The notes beneath the pieces are model-generated. The model had not been told where the DNA came from and did not search any database. It saw nothing but the letters and a program-made list of their open reading frames with translations. From positions 41,354,001-41,418,000 of the forward strand of contig NC_086128.1 in NCBI RefSeq assembly GCF_963921235.1: a DNA stretch of 64,000 bases, given 5' to 3'. Positions 36,911 through 50,240 of the stretch are shown here, piece after piece (position 1 is the first letter of the stretch; the number at the start of each line of letters is the position of its first letter). Source of the DNA: Mobula hypostoma. Taxonomy: Eukaryota. The translations under genes and the position numbers were made by a program.

Positions 36911-38229
36911 CCAGTGAGGTTCTTCCTCAGGAGCTGTGCATTAACATTTGCCTTCTTTGCACAATTTAAGGTTAGGAACATGCTCTGAGAGGCAATCACA
37001 GATCCAAATCGTTACAATCAAGTTTCTAATCATAAGGTATATTTCCTTGCATTGGTTTGACTGCAGCATCCAGTCCCTAGGAAACTGCAAAGCTGCTTGT
37101 TATATCTTGATTAATTGTTATGATCTATACCAGTAGAATCCACCTCCTGCGAATGTGCCTCAACTCTGATGGTTCTATCAATGGTGCCCTGCTGAAACAC
37201 TCAGTCCTATCCAAGGTCACTCAAGCATTACAGAAGTCCTTTCTGATGGGATGGCAAGATAAACAAAGATTTTAGTCACATTAAAACTCAGTTAAATATC
37301 ATCTAGCCTCTGCTAAATTCTGATATCAGGTACATTTTCAATTATAATGATATCCTTCTATAAAACATAGTTGTGTACATTCTGTTGATGTGATGTTAGA
37401 TACAATGTATGATGATCACACAACAGTACTCAAAGGAACTTAGCTGGAAATTCTTTTATCAGTGGGGAATATTACATTCTATATGTTAAAAGCCCATGGT
37501 ATTCACGGTGATAGAACAGGTCTTAGACAAGTTGTACGAAGAGATGCCTTTCCTCTGCTAGCTCTGCTATTGATCAAGGAGGTTGTGTTTAGTGTGGAGA
37601 TTGCTGTAAGGTAGGAAGGGTTAGGCCTGCAGTCAGTGGGAATCAGAGACTGAAGCACCAAGGATGGGATCAAGGGAATAGCACATCAGACTTGCAATCA
37701 GAAGCTGCTGAGGAGTAATGAGTTGGATGTACAATGTAGTGGTGCTGAAATGAGCACATGGATAGGTAATAGTGGGGGAAGTGAGCATGTGCCTGGTGGC
37801 ATTGAAAGATATTTATGATTCAGTGGTGGGGGTGGATGTACAGAGGAACTGAATGTTGGGGTAAAGCAAACACAATTGGGTGATTGTAGAGGGGTCTGAC
37901 AATGGATACTTGATAAGTTAATGGCAATGATTAGGAAAGTATCAGACGCAGAATTGCTCCAAGAAGTTTGTCCGCTGGACATATGAGTCTCCATGGTATC
38001 AGTAGCAAGGAGGGAGTGATATTGTGATATTCTCCACAAAGGAGTTTAATTGTGCAAATTCACTGTACCTAAATATTGATAATTTTGCTTTTAGTTCATA
38101 GCAGAGTCTATAATCAATGGAACAAAAAAGGTCAATTTTAGAGATATCATCAGTCATACAGTTAGGATTCCTAACGCTAGCTGATTAAGGATTGGTCTTA
38201 CAATACCTGATAATGTAATATCAGATTAT

Positions 38230-38595
38230 GAGGCACTTGAGTGTAGAAGGATAAGGGGAGACCTAGTTGAAACATTCAATATTCTAATAGGGCCCTGATG
38301 GCCAGTTGCAGGGAAAAGGTGGTGGGTAGTTGGGGGGCAGATTTAGAATCAGGATTTGGTAAGAAATTTAGGACTGAGGTAAAGTGTAACTTCTTCACTC
38401 AAAGGGAGTTGAACTGATGGGATTCTCGGTCACAGAGAACACTTAACAAGGAAGTAAATTGATTTCTAGATACAAAAAGCATCACAGGAAGAGAGCAAGA
38501 CTATGGTAGTGAGATAGGAGATTGGTTGTGCTTGCACTGAATGGCTGAGCTGTTTAAAGGGGAGAATGGCCTACGGCTCTTCTTTTTCTATGTTT
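38230..38595 (+). mobile_element. Old CR1 3' fragment
   Basis: agaaggataaggggagacctagttgaaacattc, aacttcttcactcaaaggg and gaatggcctac..tctatgtt. Confidence 0.7.
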
Positions 38596-39924
38596 TAATG
38601 ACTTCCGACATTATAGCACTCACTAAATTTCACAAGCACTTCCTCAACATTAGCACCCTTTGGCACATGATAATGCTGTGAATAGAGCTAGAAATAGAGG
38701 TTTTCTGTCTTCTGGAATAAAAAAAGCATAAAAATTAAGGTTAAATAAAGTTTTAATAAATACTCCTAATACAATAACAATATTTACTGAAAGGTGAAGT
38801 GCATTCTGTTGAATATAACTAGTTCTTGCTCAGTTTCTTGCTGTGTTTCAATAAACACAGCAAGTTGTAAAACCAATGAATCAAAATGAGATTCAAACCA
38901 TTTGAACCTCTGTGCCTCACTTCAGGCCATTCACCACTTCCTGTGGCTCACTCTCCAGAAATACTTCTTGAAATTCGATAAGATTTCCCCCTTTGTCCAA
39001 TGCTCAAGTGAAAATCTTTAGGTACCTTTTACAACTCATTCCTTTCTTTATTTACTATGAATGTTGCCGATGCCTCTGTGAATCATATTTCTACCTTAAA
39101 GGTAGTTAAACAAATTCTCCCTAAATAGAAGCAGTCAGCTAGAGGAACATTACATCTTCCAACTGGGCACATTATAGCCTTTTGACTCAGCACTGGGTAG
39201 AGTAATTTCAGATAATCTAGCTATCTCATTACTAGCTCATCAGCTCCATCTCATTACTTCGGCTTTGATAATTTTTATTTCTCTCTCTTTTCTGTTTTTA
39301 ACGAGCAAACTATTAAAATTACAGTACATATTTATTCATTCTAGATGATGGAAGAGGAGGATGAGAAAGAGGAAGATTAAACACTTACTGTTCCGAGATG
39401 GAAGCTATTCAAAATAAATAAGGAGGGGAAAAAAGAAGGTAAGTCATTGTATTTAAGAAGATAGCAAGAAAAAGTCCACTTGAAAGTGAAACACTGAACT
39501 AACTAATTTAATGTAATCAGGATAGATGGAGGAACAGATTTTCTAGCAAACTTCTGAGAAGTCCATCAACTCCAAAAAGAAATAGTGATTCATTCCACTT
39601 TGAATGACCAAATATTGTATTGGCAGAAAAGGACAGGTAAGTTGACTTGTACGATTTGTACTCATAAGGCCAATGAAGTGAGGTAAGTGGAGAATGTTTG
39701 AAGTTGGGGTGGGGGGGGGGGTTGTGGGAGCATCTTGGGAATAGCAAGAAGAATATCATATGGTTTAGATTAGTTTTAGTACCTGGAATAAAAGTACTTA
39801 ACTGAAAGAGGGTTGATTTCAATTAAATGAGGACGTTAAACTGGAATTCAAGTCTAGTAAGTGCAAGATAATGGGCCAATGTGCTACATTTAGAGAGGAC
39901 ACGGGTCCATTACACTCTAGATAC

Positions 39925-40200
39925 ATAGAATTATAACAAAGTCATATAGGACAAAAACAGGCCTTTTGGTCCACCATGTCCTTGCAGACTATTGCATGCC
40001 CATCTGCACTAATCCCATTTACCAGTGTTTGGTTCACAGTTTATCACATCTTGACAATTCAAGTGCTTACGTAAATACTTTGTAAGTGTTATGATATACC
40101 TATCTCCACCACTCCCAAGCCCATGTGTTTCAGATTTCTTGGTGGAAAATATTCTTCCTTACATCTTATCTAGACCACTTACTCCTCTTAAATCTCTGTG
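39925..40200 (-). mobile_element. Old CR1 3' end
   Basis: aaacaggccttttggtccacc..atctgcactaatccca is the reverse complement of the CR1 3' UTR. Confidence 0.55.
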
Positions 40201-41581
40201 CTCTAACTTCAGACATCAAAATGTACATTGTCCAAATGGTGGGAAAGGACTGTACCAACACCGGAGGTCAGTGGATAATCAAGTTGAAGATGAGGCCAAA
40301 TAAAGGAGAATATGACAGAGGTTGACACAAGTTGACACCTTGTTCATTCTGTACTCATAAATGACATATGGGTGCCCTTCTCTATCCCCAGCCTTCCAAT
40401 TAACCAAGGTCCAGTACTCCCTTCCCATCTCTCATCCACTGTTTAACTCAGGTTTGTCCCTCACCCCCACCCTTTGCCCCTTTACTCTCCCCACTTCTTA
40501 GGAGTCCCTGGCAACCACCCTAGTCACATATCTGATCATCAACTGTACTTCGGCTCTGATTAAACTCACAAGTATTGGTTTTCTCTCCTCTCTGACAACC
40601 ATATCCAGGTTCTGTTCCCAATATTGAATTGCATATTCCCATCCTCAAAGAATTACAATGCCTGTTCAATAATGCTCAAGGAGCACTCCTGAAGCTTTCA
40701 GTAACAGACCACTACCCAAACAATGTGGGCCCTGTTGCTACTGTAATGTCATGCATCCACTATGACACATGGAGTCTAAGTCCTCTGACTTTTTTTTTAT
40801 TAAATGGAATTAATACTAAACTTACAGCTAAAAGCCTAGATTGGTCATACTCCGGGCACCAAATTTTGAAAGGTTTGAAGGCTTTTACAAGCTCCAAGGA
40901 TGCAGAAATGCAGTTATGTGAACAGAATGGGGAATATGGCATTTTCTTATTACCACAGAGGAGGATGGGGATGTATGGGGTGTCCAGGGAGGGGTAGCTC
41001 TTCTGATGAATGAGCTTGTCGTGTCGATCCTGGGGCAACTCACTTACCTTTCGGCCCCATTGGACACTCAGCTCTTTCCTGTGGCTCCAAGTAGCTGTTT
41101 GCATGCAACAGCGGCCACACCCTGGAAGAGCACTTTGACAGGAGGGCTAAACCAAGGCAGACGGCAGGCCTCCTGCCCTGGTGAGATAAGGACATGCCTG
41201 CCGAAGTATGTGAAGTCAACTGGGCGGATGAGATCAACAGTGAGACCCAACGACCAGGAAATTGGTTCTGCAACGCTTCATGAAGAGTGAAGGGCATGAC
41301 AAAGCACAGAAGATGTCATGGTCATTCACTTCAACCAAGAAAGACCCCAGTTGTGACGACTATTCACACCACTGGACCCGGACTTCCAAGGTCAAGATAG
41401 CTCCCACACTGATCTCTTGTCACTGTTGGATACAACGGACAACTAACAGAGGAGAATAAGGACAGATCTGTTAAAGAAGTTTAGAGGAAGTCAATATCGG
41501 GCTGAAGCCATGGAATGTATTGATTATATTTTGCCTTCTTCATGATAATTGCAATTCCAGGAGTAAAATCAAGCCCGTTGG

Positions 41582-41830
41582 GACGGCTCGGTAGCATAGC
41601 AGTTAGCAGGACTTTATTATAGTGCTAGTGACCCAAGTTCAATTCTGCCACTGTCCATAAGGAGTTAGTATGTTTTCCCCGTGACAGCATGGGCTTCCTC
41701 TGGGAGTTCCAGTCTCTTCCCATATTTCAAAGACGTACAGGTTAGTAGATTAATTGGTCATATGGGAGTAATTCGGTGACATGGACTCGTTCAGCTGGAA
41801 GGGCTTGTTACCGTGCTGTATCTCTAAATA
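41582..41830 (+). mobile_element. tRNA-derived V-SINE (HE1-like) with CR1-type tail
   Basis: A-box-like ggtagcatagcagtt, B-box-like gttcaattc, core tccccgtgacagcatgggcttcctctgggagttccagtctcttccca, tail gaagggcttgttaccgtgctgtatctctaaat. Confidence 0.8.
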
Positions 41831-42429
41831 AGTAAGTAAAATTCAATTTTACAAAAGGCATGGCCTTGTGCGGCACAATATTGTCAGGTGAGCCGATCAG
41901 AACAAGTCACACCCGGTTAACTGATGGAAATTGATAGCTGGAAAAACTATGCCCATATTAGCAGGCTTCACTGCTTAAAAGGGTCTGAAAGTTTCTGAAT
42001 GTCTGTGGCATTCAGGAATATTCAGAAACAATTAAAAATCAATCAAACAATTAAATGGTACAAATCTTCTTTTAAACATTGCATCCTCAGAAGTACTTTA
42101 AAGCAAATTTAATTCAAGAAAATGTAGGTGATCTTAAGCTTACCTTTAATATAGAACACAGAAAAACTGGGTACTTGAAATTCTTTTCTTATACAGGTGA
42201 GTAGAAATTGGAATGTGTCAACTGGCGGTGGTTGCAACTTGAATGGCAGAAGTCTAACAGCAATTGTATAATTTTTTGGAAGAAAAAAACTTACAGAGAT
42301 ACTGGAAAAGAACAGCTGAGTAGGACCAACTCAGTGGCTTCAAACAACACTACATCCTGCTGATTTCAATTCTCCAAACAAAAGGACTTGTGGTTCAGGT
42401 GAGGGGAAAGGAGTTTTGAAGGGGGCTAA

Positions 42430-42652
42430 GAAAGAACATATTCACTCAGAGAGTAGCTGGAACTTGGAACACACTGCCAGAATAGATGGTGGAAGAGGGT
42501 ACTTTTCAACATTTAAGAAGTACAGTATCTAGATAAATGGCTGCATCACCAGTGCATGGAAGGCTATGGACCAAAGCGAATAACGTAGATGGATAACTGA
42601 TAGTCTGCACGGACTTGGTGGGCCGAAGGGCTTGCTTCTATGCTGTGTAATA
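42430..42652 (+). mobile_element. CR1 3' end
   Basis: ttcactcagagagtag..tggaacacactgcc..gggccgaagggcttgcttctatgctgt. Confidence 0.75.
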
Positions 42653-43742
42653 CTATCACTCAATTATGACACTGTTGGCGTAGCACTAAATTGAAAATAC
42701 CTCTTTTAATAATGCACACATTGTTTGCTCAGGATTCTGCCATTTCAGAATTATTTAAAACTTAAGGAGACAAAATCATTTGATTCCCTAGGATTAATGA
42801 CCCTAGGGAGCCACACCACAGGTAAGCACTATATCTGGCGCCCTGGACATCTGGATATTAATTCCTGCCTGCTGTTCACTCTATCTTGGCTAAATGCATA
42901 TTGTACCAAGGTAAACTTCGTGTATTAAACCCTGCTAGTTGTCCAAAGAGTACCAAAGTTCTAAGGTCAAAATAAACTTATTATCAAAGCACATATATGT
43001 CATCATATACAACCCTAAGATTGCTTGCAGGCATTCACAATAATTCCAAGAAACACAATAGAATCAATGAAAGACTACAACCAACAGGATGGACAAACAA
43101 CCAATGTGCAAAAGACAACGAACTATTCAAATATGAAAGAAAAATAAATAAGTAAATAAGCAATAAATATAGAGAACATGAGATGAAGACTCCTTGAAAG
43201 TGGGTTCATAGGTTGTGGGAACTGTTTAGTGATGAGGCGAGTGAAGTTTAGTGGTTATCCCCACTGGTTCAAGAGCCTGATGGTAATAACTCTTCCTGAA
43301 CCTGGTGGTGTGAGCCCTGAGGCTCCTGTCCCTTCTTCCTCATTATAACAGTGAGAAGAGAGCATAGCCTGATTATGGGGCTCCTTGATGATGGATGCTG
43401 CTTTCTTGCAACAGCACTCCGTATAGATGTGCTCAATGGTTGGGAAGGCTTTACTCATGATAGACTGGGCCGCATCCACTACTTTTTGTAGAATTTTCCG
43501 TTCAGGGGCATTGGTGTTTTCGTAACAGGCCATGACATAACCTATCACTATACTGTCCATCGCACACCTGTATAAGTTTGTCAAAGTTTTAGATGTCATA
43601 CTGAATCTTTGCAAACTTCCAAGGAAGTAGAGGCACTGCTGTGCTTTCTTTGTAATAGCACTTACATACTGGGCCTAGGACAGGTCTTCTGAAATGATAA
43701 CACTGAGAAATTTAAAATTGTTGACCATCTCCACCTCTAATC

Positions 43743-46530
43743 TGAGACCTGGCTAAAGGATGCATGTCTCTGGGAGCTGAATGTCCAAGGATACACGGTG
43801 TATCGGAAGGATAGGAAGGTAGGCAGAGGGGGAGGCATGGCTTAATTGGTAAGAAATGATATTAAATCATTAGAAAGAGGTGATATAGGATCGGAAGGTG
43901 CAGAATCTTTATGGGTTGAGCTAAGAAATAGCAGGGGTAAAAGGACCCTGATGGCAGTTATTTATAGGCCTCCAAATAGCTGCAGGGATGTGGACTACAA
44001 ATTACAGCTGGAAATAGAAAAGGCTTGTCAGAAGGGCAGTGTTATGATAATTGTGGGGGATTTTAACATGCGAGTAGATTGGGAAAATCAGGACGGCACT
44101 GGATCTCAAGAGAGAGAATTTGTAGAATGTCTGCGAGGTGTTTTTTTAGAACAGCTTGTTGTTGAGCCCACTAGGGGATCGGCTGTACTGGATTGGGTAT
44201 TGTGTAATGAACCGGAGGTGATTAGAGAGATTGAGGTGAAGGAACCCTTAGGAGGCAGTGATCATAACATGATTGAGTTCACTGTGAAATTAGAAAAGGA
44301 GAAGCTGAAATCTGATGTGTCGGTATTTCAGTGGAGTAGAAGAAATTACAGTGGCATGAGAGAGGAACTGGCCAAAGTTGACTGGAAAGGGACACTGGCG
44401 GGAAAGACGGCAGAGCAGCAGTGGCTGGAGTTTATGCAAGAAATGAGGAATGTGCAAGACAGGTATATTCCAAAAAAGAAGAAATTTTCGAGTGGAAAAA
44501 GGATGCAACCATGGTTGACAAGAGAAGTCAAAGCCAAAGTTAAAGCAGAGGGCATACAAGGAAGCAAAAATTAGTGGGAAGACAGAGGATTGGGAAGTTT
44601 TTAAAACCTTACAAAAGGAAACCAAGAAGGTCATTAAGAGAGAAAAGATTAACTATGAAAGGAAGCTAGCAAATAATATCAAAGAGGATACTGAAAGCTT
44701 TTTCAAGTATATAAAGAGTAAAAGACAGGTGAGAGTAGATATAGGACCGATAGAAAATGATGCTGGAGAAATTGTAATGGGAGATAAGGAGATGGCAGAG
44801 GAACTGAATGAGTATTTTGCATCAGTCTTCACTGAGGAAGACATCAGCAGTACACCGGACACTCAAAGGTGGCAGGGAAGAGAAGTGTGCGCAGTCACAA
44901 TTACGACAGAGAAAGTACTCAGGAAGCTGAATAGTCTAAAGGTAGATAAATCTCCTGGACCAGATGGAATGCACCCTTGTGTTCTGAAGGAAGTAGCTGT
45001 GGAGATTGCAGAGGCATTAGCAATGATCTTTCAAAAGTCGATAGATTCTGGCATGGTTCTGGAAGACTGGAAGATTGCAAATGTCACTCCGCTATTTAAG
45101 AAGGGGGCAAGGAAGCAAAAAGGAAATTATAGACCTGTTAGCTTGACATCGGTGGCTGGGAAGTTGTTGGAGTCGATTGTCAAGGATGAGGTTACAGAGT
45201 ACCTGGAGGCAATTGACAAGATAGGCAGAACTCAGCATGGATTCCTTAAAGGAAAATCCTGCCTGACAAACCTATTACAGTTTTTTGAGGAAATTACCAG
45301 TAGGTTAGACAAGGGAGATGCAGTGGATGTTGTATATTTGGATTTTCAGAAGGCCTTTGACAAGGTGCCACACATGAGGCTGCTTAACAAGATAAGAGAG
45401 CATGGAATTACAGGAAAGTTACATACGTGGATAGAGCGTTGGCTGATCGGCAGGAAACAGAGAGTGGGAATAAAGGGATCCTATTCTGGTTGGCTGCCGG
45501 TTACCAGTGGTGTTCCACAGGGATCAGTGTTGGGGCCGCTTCTTTTTACATTGTACATCAACGATTTGGATTATGGAATAGATGGCTTTGTGGCTAAGTT
45601 TGCTGACGATACGAAGATAGGTGGAGGGGCCGGTAGTGCTGAGGAAACGGAGAGTCTGCAGAGAGACTTGGATAGATTGGAAGAATGGGCAGAGAAGTGG
45701 CAAATGAAGTACAATGTTGGAAAGTGTATGGTTATGCACTTTGGCAGAAAAAATAAACGGGCAGACTATTATTTAAATGGGGAAAGAATTCAAAGTTCTG
45801 AGATGCAACGGGACTTGGGAGTCCTTGTACAGGATACCCTTAAAATTACCCTCCAGGTTGAGTCAGTAGTGAAGAAGGCGAATGCAATGTTGGCATTCAT
45901 TTCTAGAGGAATAGAGTATAGGAGTAGGGATGTGATGTTGAGGCTCTATAAGGCGCTGGTGAGACCTCACTTGGAGTACTGTGGGCAGTTTTGGTCTCCT
46001 TATTTAAGAAAGGATGTGCTGACGTTGGAGAGGGTACAGAGAAGATTCACTAGAATGATTCCGGGAATGAGAGGGTTAACATATGAGGAACGTTTGTCTG
46101 TTTTTGGACTGTATTTCTTGGAGTTTAGAAGAATGAGGGGAGACCTCATAGAAACATTTCGAATGTTGAAAGGCACGGACAGAGTGGATGTGGCAAAGTT
46201 GTTTCCTATGATGGGGGAGTCTAGTACGAGAGGGCATGACTTAAGGATTGAAGGGCGCCCATTCAGAACAGAAATGCGAAGAAATTCTTTTAGTCAGAGG
46301 GTGGTGGATCTATGGAATTTGTTGCCACGGGCAGCAGTGGAGGCCAAGTCATTGGGTGTATTTAAGGCAGAGATTGATAGGTATCTGAGTAGCCAGGGCA
46401 TCAAAGGTTATGGTGAGAAGGCGGGGCAGTGGGACTAAATAGGAGAATGGATCAGCTCGTGATAAAATGGCAGAGCAGACTCGATGGGCTGAATGGCCTA
46501 CTTCTTCTCCTTTGTCTTATGGTCTTATGG
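43743..46530 (+). mobile_element. Young CR1 (HER1-like) LINE, 5'-truncated within the endonuclease domain, 7-bp TSD
   Basis: tctaatc at 43736-43742 and 46531-46537; (tcttatgg)2 tail. APE motifs ETWL, YRPP, GDFN, SDH. RT ORF 44729-46438. Stop at ~43833 and frameshift at ~44550. Confidence 0.95.
44729..46438 (+). CDS. CR1 ORF2 reverse transcriptase portion (569 aa open)
   Basis: KSPGPDG, NYRPVSLTS, DFQKAFDKVPH, GVPQGSVLGP, KFADDTK. Confidence 0.9.
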   Translation: MRVDIGPIENDAGEIVMGDKEMAEELNEYFASVFTEEDISSTPDTQRWQGREVCAVTITTEKVLRKLNSLKVDKSPGPDGMHPCVLKEVAVEIAEALAMIFQKSIDSGMVLEDWKIANVTPLFKKGARKQKGNYRPVSLTSVAGKLLESIVKDEVTEYLEAIDKIGRTQHGFLKGKSCLTNLLQFFEEITSRLDKGDAVDVVYLDFQKAFDKVPHMRLLNKIREHGITGKLHTWIERWLIGRKQRVGIKGSYSGWLPVTSGVPQGSVLGPLLFTLYINDLDYGIDGFVAKFADDTKIGGGAGSAEETESLQRDLDRLEEWAEKWQMKYNVGKCMVMHFGRKNKRADYYLNGERIQSSEMQRDLGVLVQDTLKITLQVESVVKKANAMLAFISRGIEYRSRDVMLRLYKALVRPHLEYCGQFWSPYLRKDVLTLERVQRRFTRMIPGMRGLTYEERLSVFGLYFLEFRRMRGDLIETFRMLKGTDRVDVAKLFPMMGESSTRGHDLRIEGRPFRTEMRRNSFSQRVVDLWNLLPRAAVEAKSLGVFKAEIDRYLSSQGIKGYGEKAGQWD

Positions 46531-48000
46531 TCTAATCCTCTGATGAGGACCTGGCTCCTGGACTCCCGGTTCCCTCCTCCTGAAGTCAATAATCAGCTGC
46601 TTGGTCTAGCTGACATTGAGGGAGAGTTTGCTGTTGTGGCACCACTCAGACAGATTTTCAATCTCCTTTCTATGTGCTGATTTGTCACCACCTTTGATTT
46701 GGCCAACAACGTTGGTGTCATCAGCAAACTTAAATATGGCATTGGAGTGAGTAGTGCTTAGCCACACAGTCGATAGTGTAAAATGAGTAGAGCAGGGGGC
46801 TAAGCACACAGCCTTGTGGTGTACCTGTGCTGATGGAGATTGTGGAGGAGATATTGTTGCCAATCTGAACTGACTGGAGCCTGCAAGTGAAACCCAGATC
46901 CCATTGCACAAGGAGGTACTGAGCCAAGGTCTTAAAACTTATTGATTATTTTTGAGGGGATGATGGTATTGAATGTCCAGCTGTAGTCGATAAAGAGCCA
47001 ATGAGATGGCATCTGGTCTGTGGATTTGTTGTGCTGGGTAGGCAAATTGGCATGGATCCAAGTCACATCTCAGGAGGAGTTGATACGTTTCATTACCAAC
47101 CTCTCAAAACACTTCATCACTGTGGATATAAGTACTACTGGATGATAGTCATTGAGGCAAGTCACCATGTTCTTCTTAGGCCAAGGGTGTAATTGAAGCT
47201 GCTTGAAGCAGGTGGGTACCTCAGACTGGGGAAGGGAGAGTTTCAAGATATCAGTGAACACTCCAGCTAGTTGATGAGCACAGGTCTTTAATACTTGGCT
47301 AGGTACCGCATCTGGGCTGGATGCTTTCTGTGGATTCACCCTCATGTAGGATGCTCTTATGTCAGCCTCAGAGATTGAAATCACACGGTCACTGGGGGCT
47401 GTGGAAGTTTGTGAAGGTACCTCCATGTTTTGATGGTCAAAGTGAGCATAAAAGGCATTGAGCTCATCTGGGAGAGAAACCTTGTTGTCACCTAAGTTGC
47501 CTGGTTTCACTTTGTAAGAGGTAATAACATTCAAGCCCTTCCACAGCTGTTGAACATCCTTCAGTGATTCAAGTTTGGTCTCAAGAGACGCCTTTCCAGA
47601 GGTTGTTCTTGGACTTCTTGTATCTTGGTCACCAGACCTGAATGCGCTCAGCAGATTGTGGATCTCATGGCTCATCCAGGGCTTCTGGTGGGGGAAGATG
47701 CTGAATGATTTTGAGGGGACACACTCATCTACAACTATTTTTGTAAAGTCCGTGACAACCGTGGCATATTCATTCAAGTCCTCTGATGAGTCCTTGCACA
47801 CTGCTCAGTCCACCGACTCAAGGCAATCCCACAGCCACTCTTCTGCCTCCTGCAACCATCTTTCTGTTGTCCTTATCTCTGGAGCCTTGCTCTTTTGCCT
47901 CTGCCTGGATACAGGTAGAAGGACAAAACCAAGCTGACAGCATCATACAAAGCTGATGCGTGATATTGGAGTAAGTGTGGGGACTGAAAGGCCTTTGTCT

Positions 48001-48808
48001 ATAGAGTCATAGAAAAATACAGCACAGGAACAGGCCTTTTGGACCATCTAGTCCAGGCCAAATCATTTAAACTGTCTAGTCCCACCAGCCTACACCCGGA
48101 CCATAGCGCTCCATATCCCTCCCATCCATGTACCTATCCAAACTTCTTTCAAACATTGAAATCAAAATCGAATGCACAACACTCACCACTCTCTGATTGA
48201 AGAAGTTTCCCCTCATGTTTCCCTTAAACATTTCACCTTTCACCCTTAACCCATGACCTTTAGTTGTAGTCTCATCCAACCTCAGTGGAAAAAGCCTGCT
48301 TGCATTTACCCTACCTATGTCCCTCATAATTTTGTATACCTCTAGCAAATCTCCCCTCAGTCTTCTAAATTCTAGGAAATAAAGTTCTAACCTATTCAAT
48401 CTTTCCTTATAAACTCGCATCCTCCAGTCCCAGCAACATCCTTGTAAATTTTCTCTGTACTCTTTCAATCTTATTTACATCTTTCCTATAGGCAGGTGAC
48501 CAAAACTGCACACAATACTCCAAATTAGGCCTCACTAAAGTTTTATACAACTTCAACATAACATCCCAACTCTTATACTCAATACATTGATTTATGAAGG
48601 CCAATGTGCCAAAAGCTCTTTTTTTTCAGAACTATCTACCTGTGACCCCACTTTCAGTGAATTATGGACCTGCATTCCCAGATCCCTTTGTTCTACCGCA
48701 CTCCTCAATGCCCTACCACTCACTGTGTAAGACCTACCCTGGTTGGTCCTCCTAAATCACAACAACCTACACTTGTCTGCATTAAATTCCATCTACCATT
48801 TTTCCAGC
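48001..48808 (-). mobile_element. CR1 3' fragment
   Basis: LYKTLVRPNLEYCVQFWSP and RRLRGDLLEVYKIM; (ctatgact)n-like tail. Confidence 0.9.
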
Positions 48809-49902
48809 AGCAAAAATGGACTGAAAATGACAGATGGAATTTAACGCAGACATGTTTTAGAGTTTGGGTACTAGTATCCATATGGGAAATGTTCCAATCA
48901 GTATTCAACTTGTGCAAACATTCTTGGCAAAAGTAAACTTTGGAAATGATTCCAAATGTGTTGGTTAAATTAATTTCTCGACCACTTTGCGAGCAGAATA
49001 TAATTTTACATGGACTGTCTTAGTTTTGAATCACATGCTGTCACTGCTGACAAGGTCATGCACAGCAAGAGCTGGAAATGTTGGCTTTGGAGTCTAAAAC
49101 CATGTTGCTGAATCAAAGATTGAGTTCCATCGGTCTGAAATAGTGAAAGCTTCAAGCACAATTATTATAGGTCAGAGCTGAACTGAGCTCTGGCAGCATT
49201 AGCTGCATCACTAATGGAACAGCCGTTCACTTACATCACAAAACATGACATTCAATTCAGCAGTGTCAAGTTGAGCCCAGGACTGAAATCATCATGATTT
49301 CCTCTTTAATCGGGCCTGCAATGACTTCCTAGCACATGCATCTATGAGTTTTAACCTCCTATTTTGCATGTCACCAAGTCAAGAATGGAACATGTTAACA
49401 GCTGCAATTTCACTAATGCAGCAAGTGTCTGCAAAGTGAAAATTACAAAGTATCACAGCAAATTTTTGATATCGTTATTTGCACAAGTTTCTACATCTAT
49501 TTAATTCAGATTTTTTTCATTTTTTTGTTACACAGCAAGTAATTGGGGTCTGCAATGCCATGCCAAAGGTATCAGCGGCAGCAGATTAAATTCAGCATTC
49601 AAAATATATGGGCAGTGGGATTAGCTGGATAATGATCATGTTGAGCAACCATGCATCTGATGGGTCAAATGGCCACCTTTTGCTCTCTAACCATAATATG
49701 GATTTACATTCAATCTCCTTTATTTATGGAATTAATAATGCTAACTCCCTATTAGGAGCAAAGAAAATAATACTTTATTTCTCTATTTCAACACCCAAGA
49801 TACAGAGCATGGTCAGAACCAGTCTCAAAGAAGAAATGCAAACAGTGATCTTATAAAGGAAATGCACTAACGTAGCATAACAATAATATAACTATCAAAC
49901 TA

Positions 49903-50240
49903 CATGGTAGTTTAGCAGTTAGCATAATGCTTTACAATACCAGCAACCGGAAGATCGCGGTTCAATCCCCACCACTGCCTGTAGGAAGTTTGTACGTTTT
50001 CCCTGTGACTACATGGGTTTCCTCTAGGTGCTCTGGTTTCCTCCCACATTCCAAAAAAAGATGTATAGGGTTAGGGTTAGTAAGTTGTAGGCATGCTATG
50101 TTGGTGCGGGAAGCGTAGTGAGAATTTCAGGCTGCCCCCAGCATATCTTCGAGCTGTGTTGCTGGTCTTTGCAGAAATGATGTATTTCACTGTATGTTTT
50201 GATGTTTTGGTGTACATATTACAAATAAAGCTAAACTTTA
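49903..50240 (+). mobile_element. tRNA-derived V-SINE-like element with a non-CR1 tail
   Basis: tggtagtttagcagttagc, ggttcaatccc, core gggtttcctctaggtgctctggtttcctcccacattcc, tail ggctgcccccagca..aataaagctaa. Confidence 0.8.

Larger units (their letters stand above)
42955..47938 (-). mobile_element. Rex1/Babar LINE (42955-43742 and 46531-47938) split by a CR1 insertion
   Basis: ORFs 47070-47801 (LNDYHPVVLISTVMKCFERLV), 46730-46927 (TGTPQGCVLSPLLYS), 46606-46911 (KFADDT) and 43255-43614. Confidence 0.9.

Noticed and set aside
37700-38075. Possible ancient PLE RT remnant (also 40390-40600)
   Set aside because: Only faint by-eye similarity; cannot be supported without a profile search.
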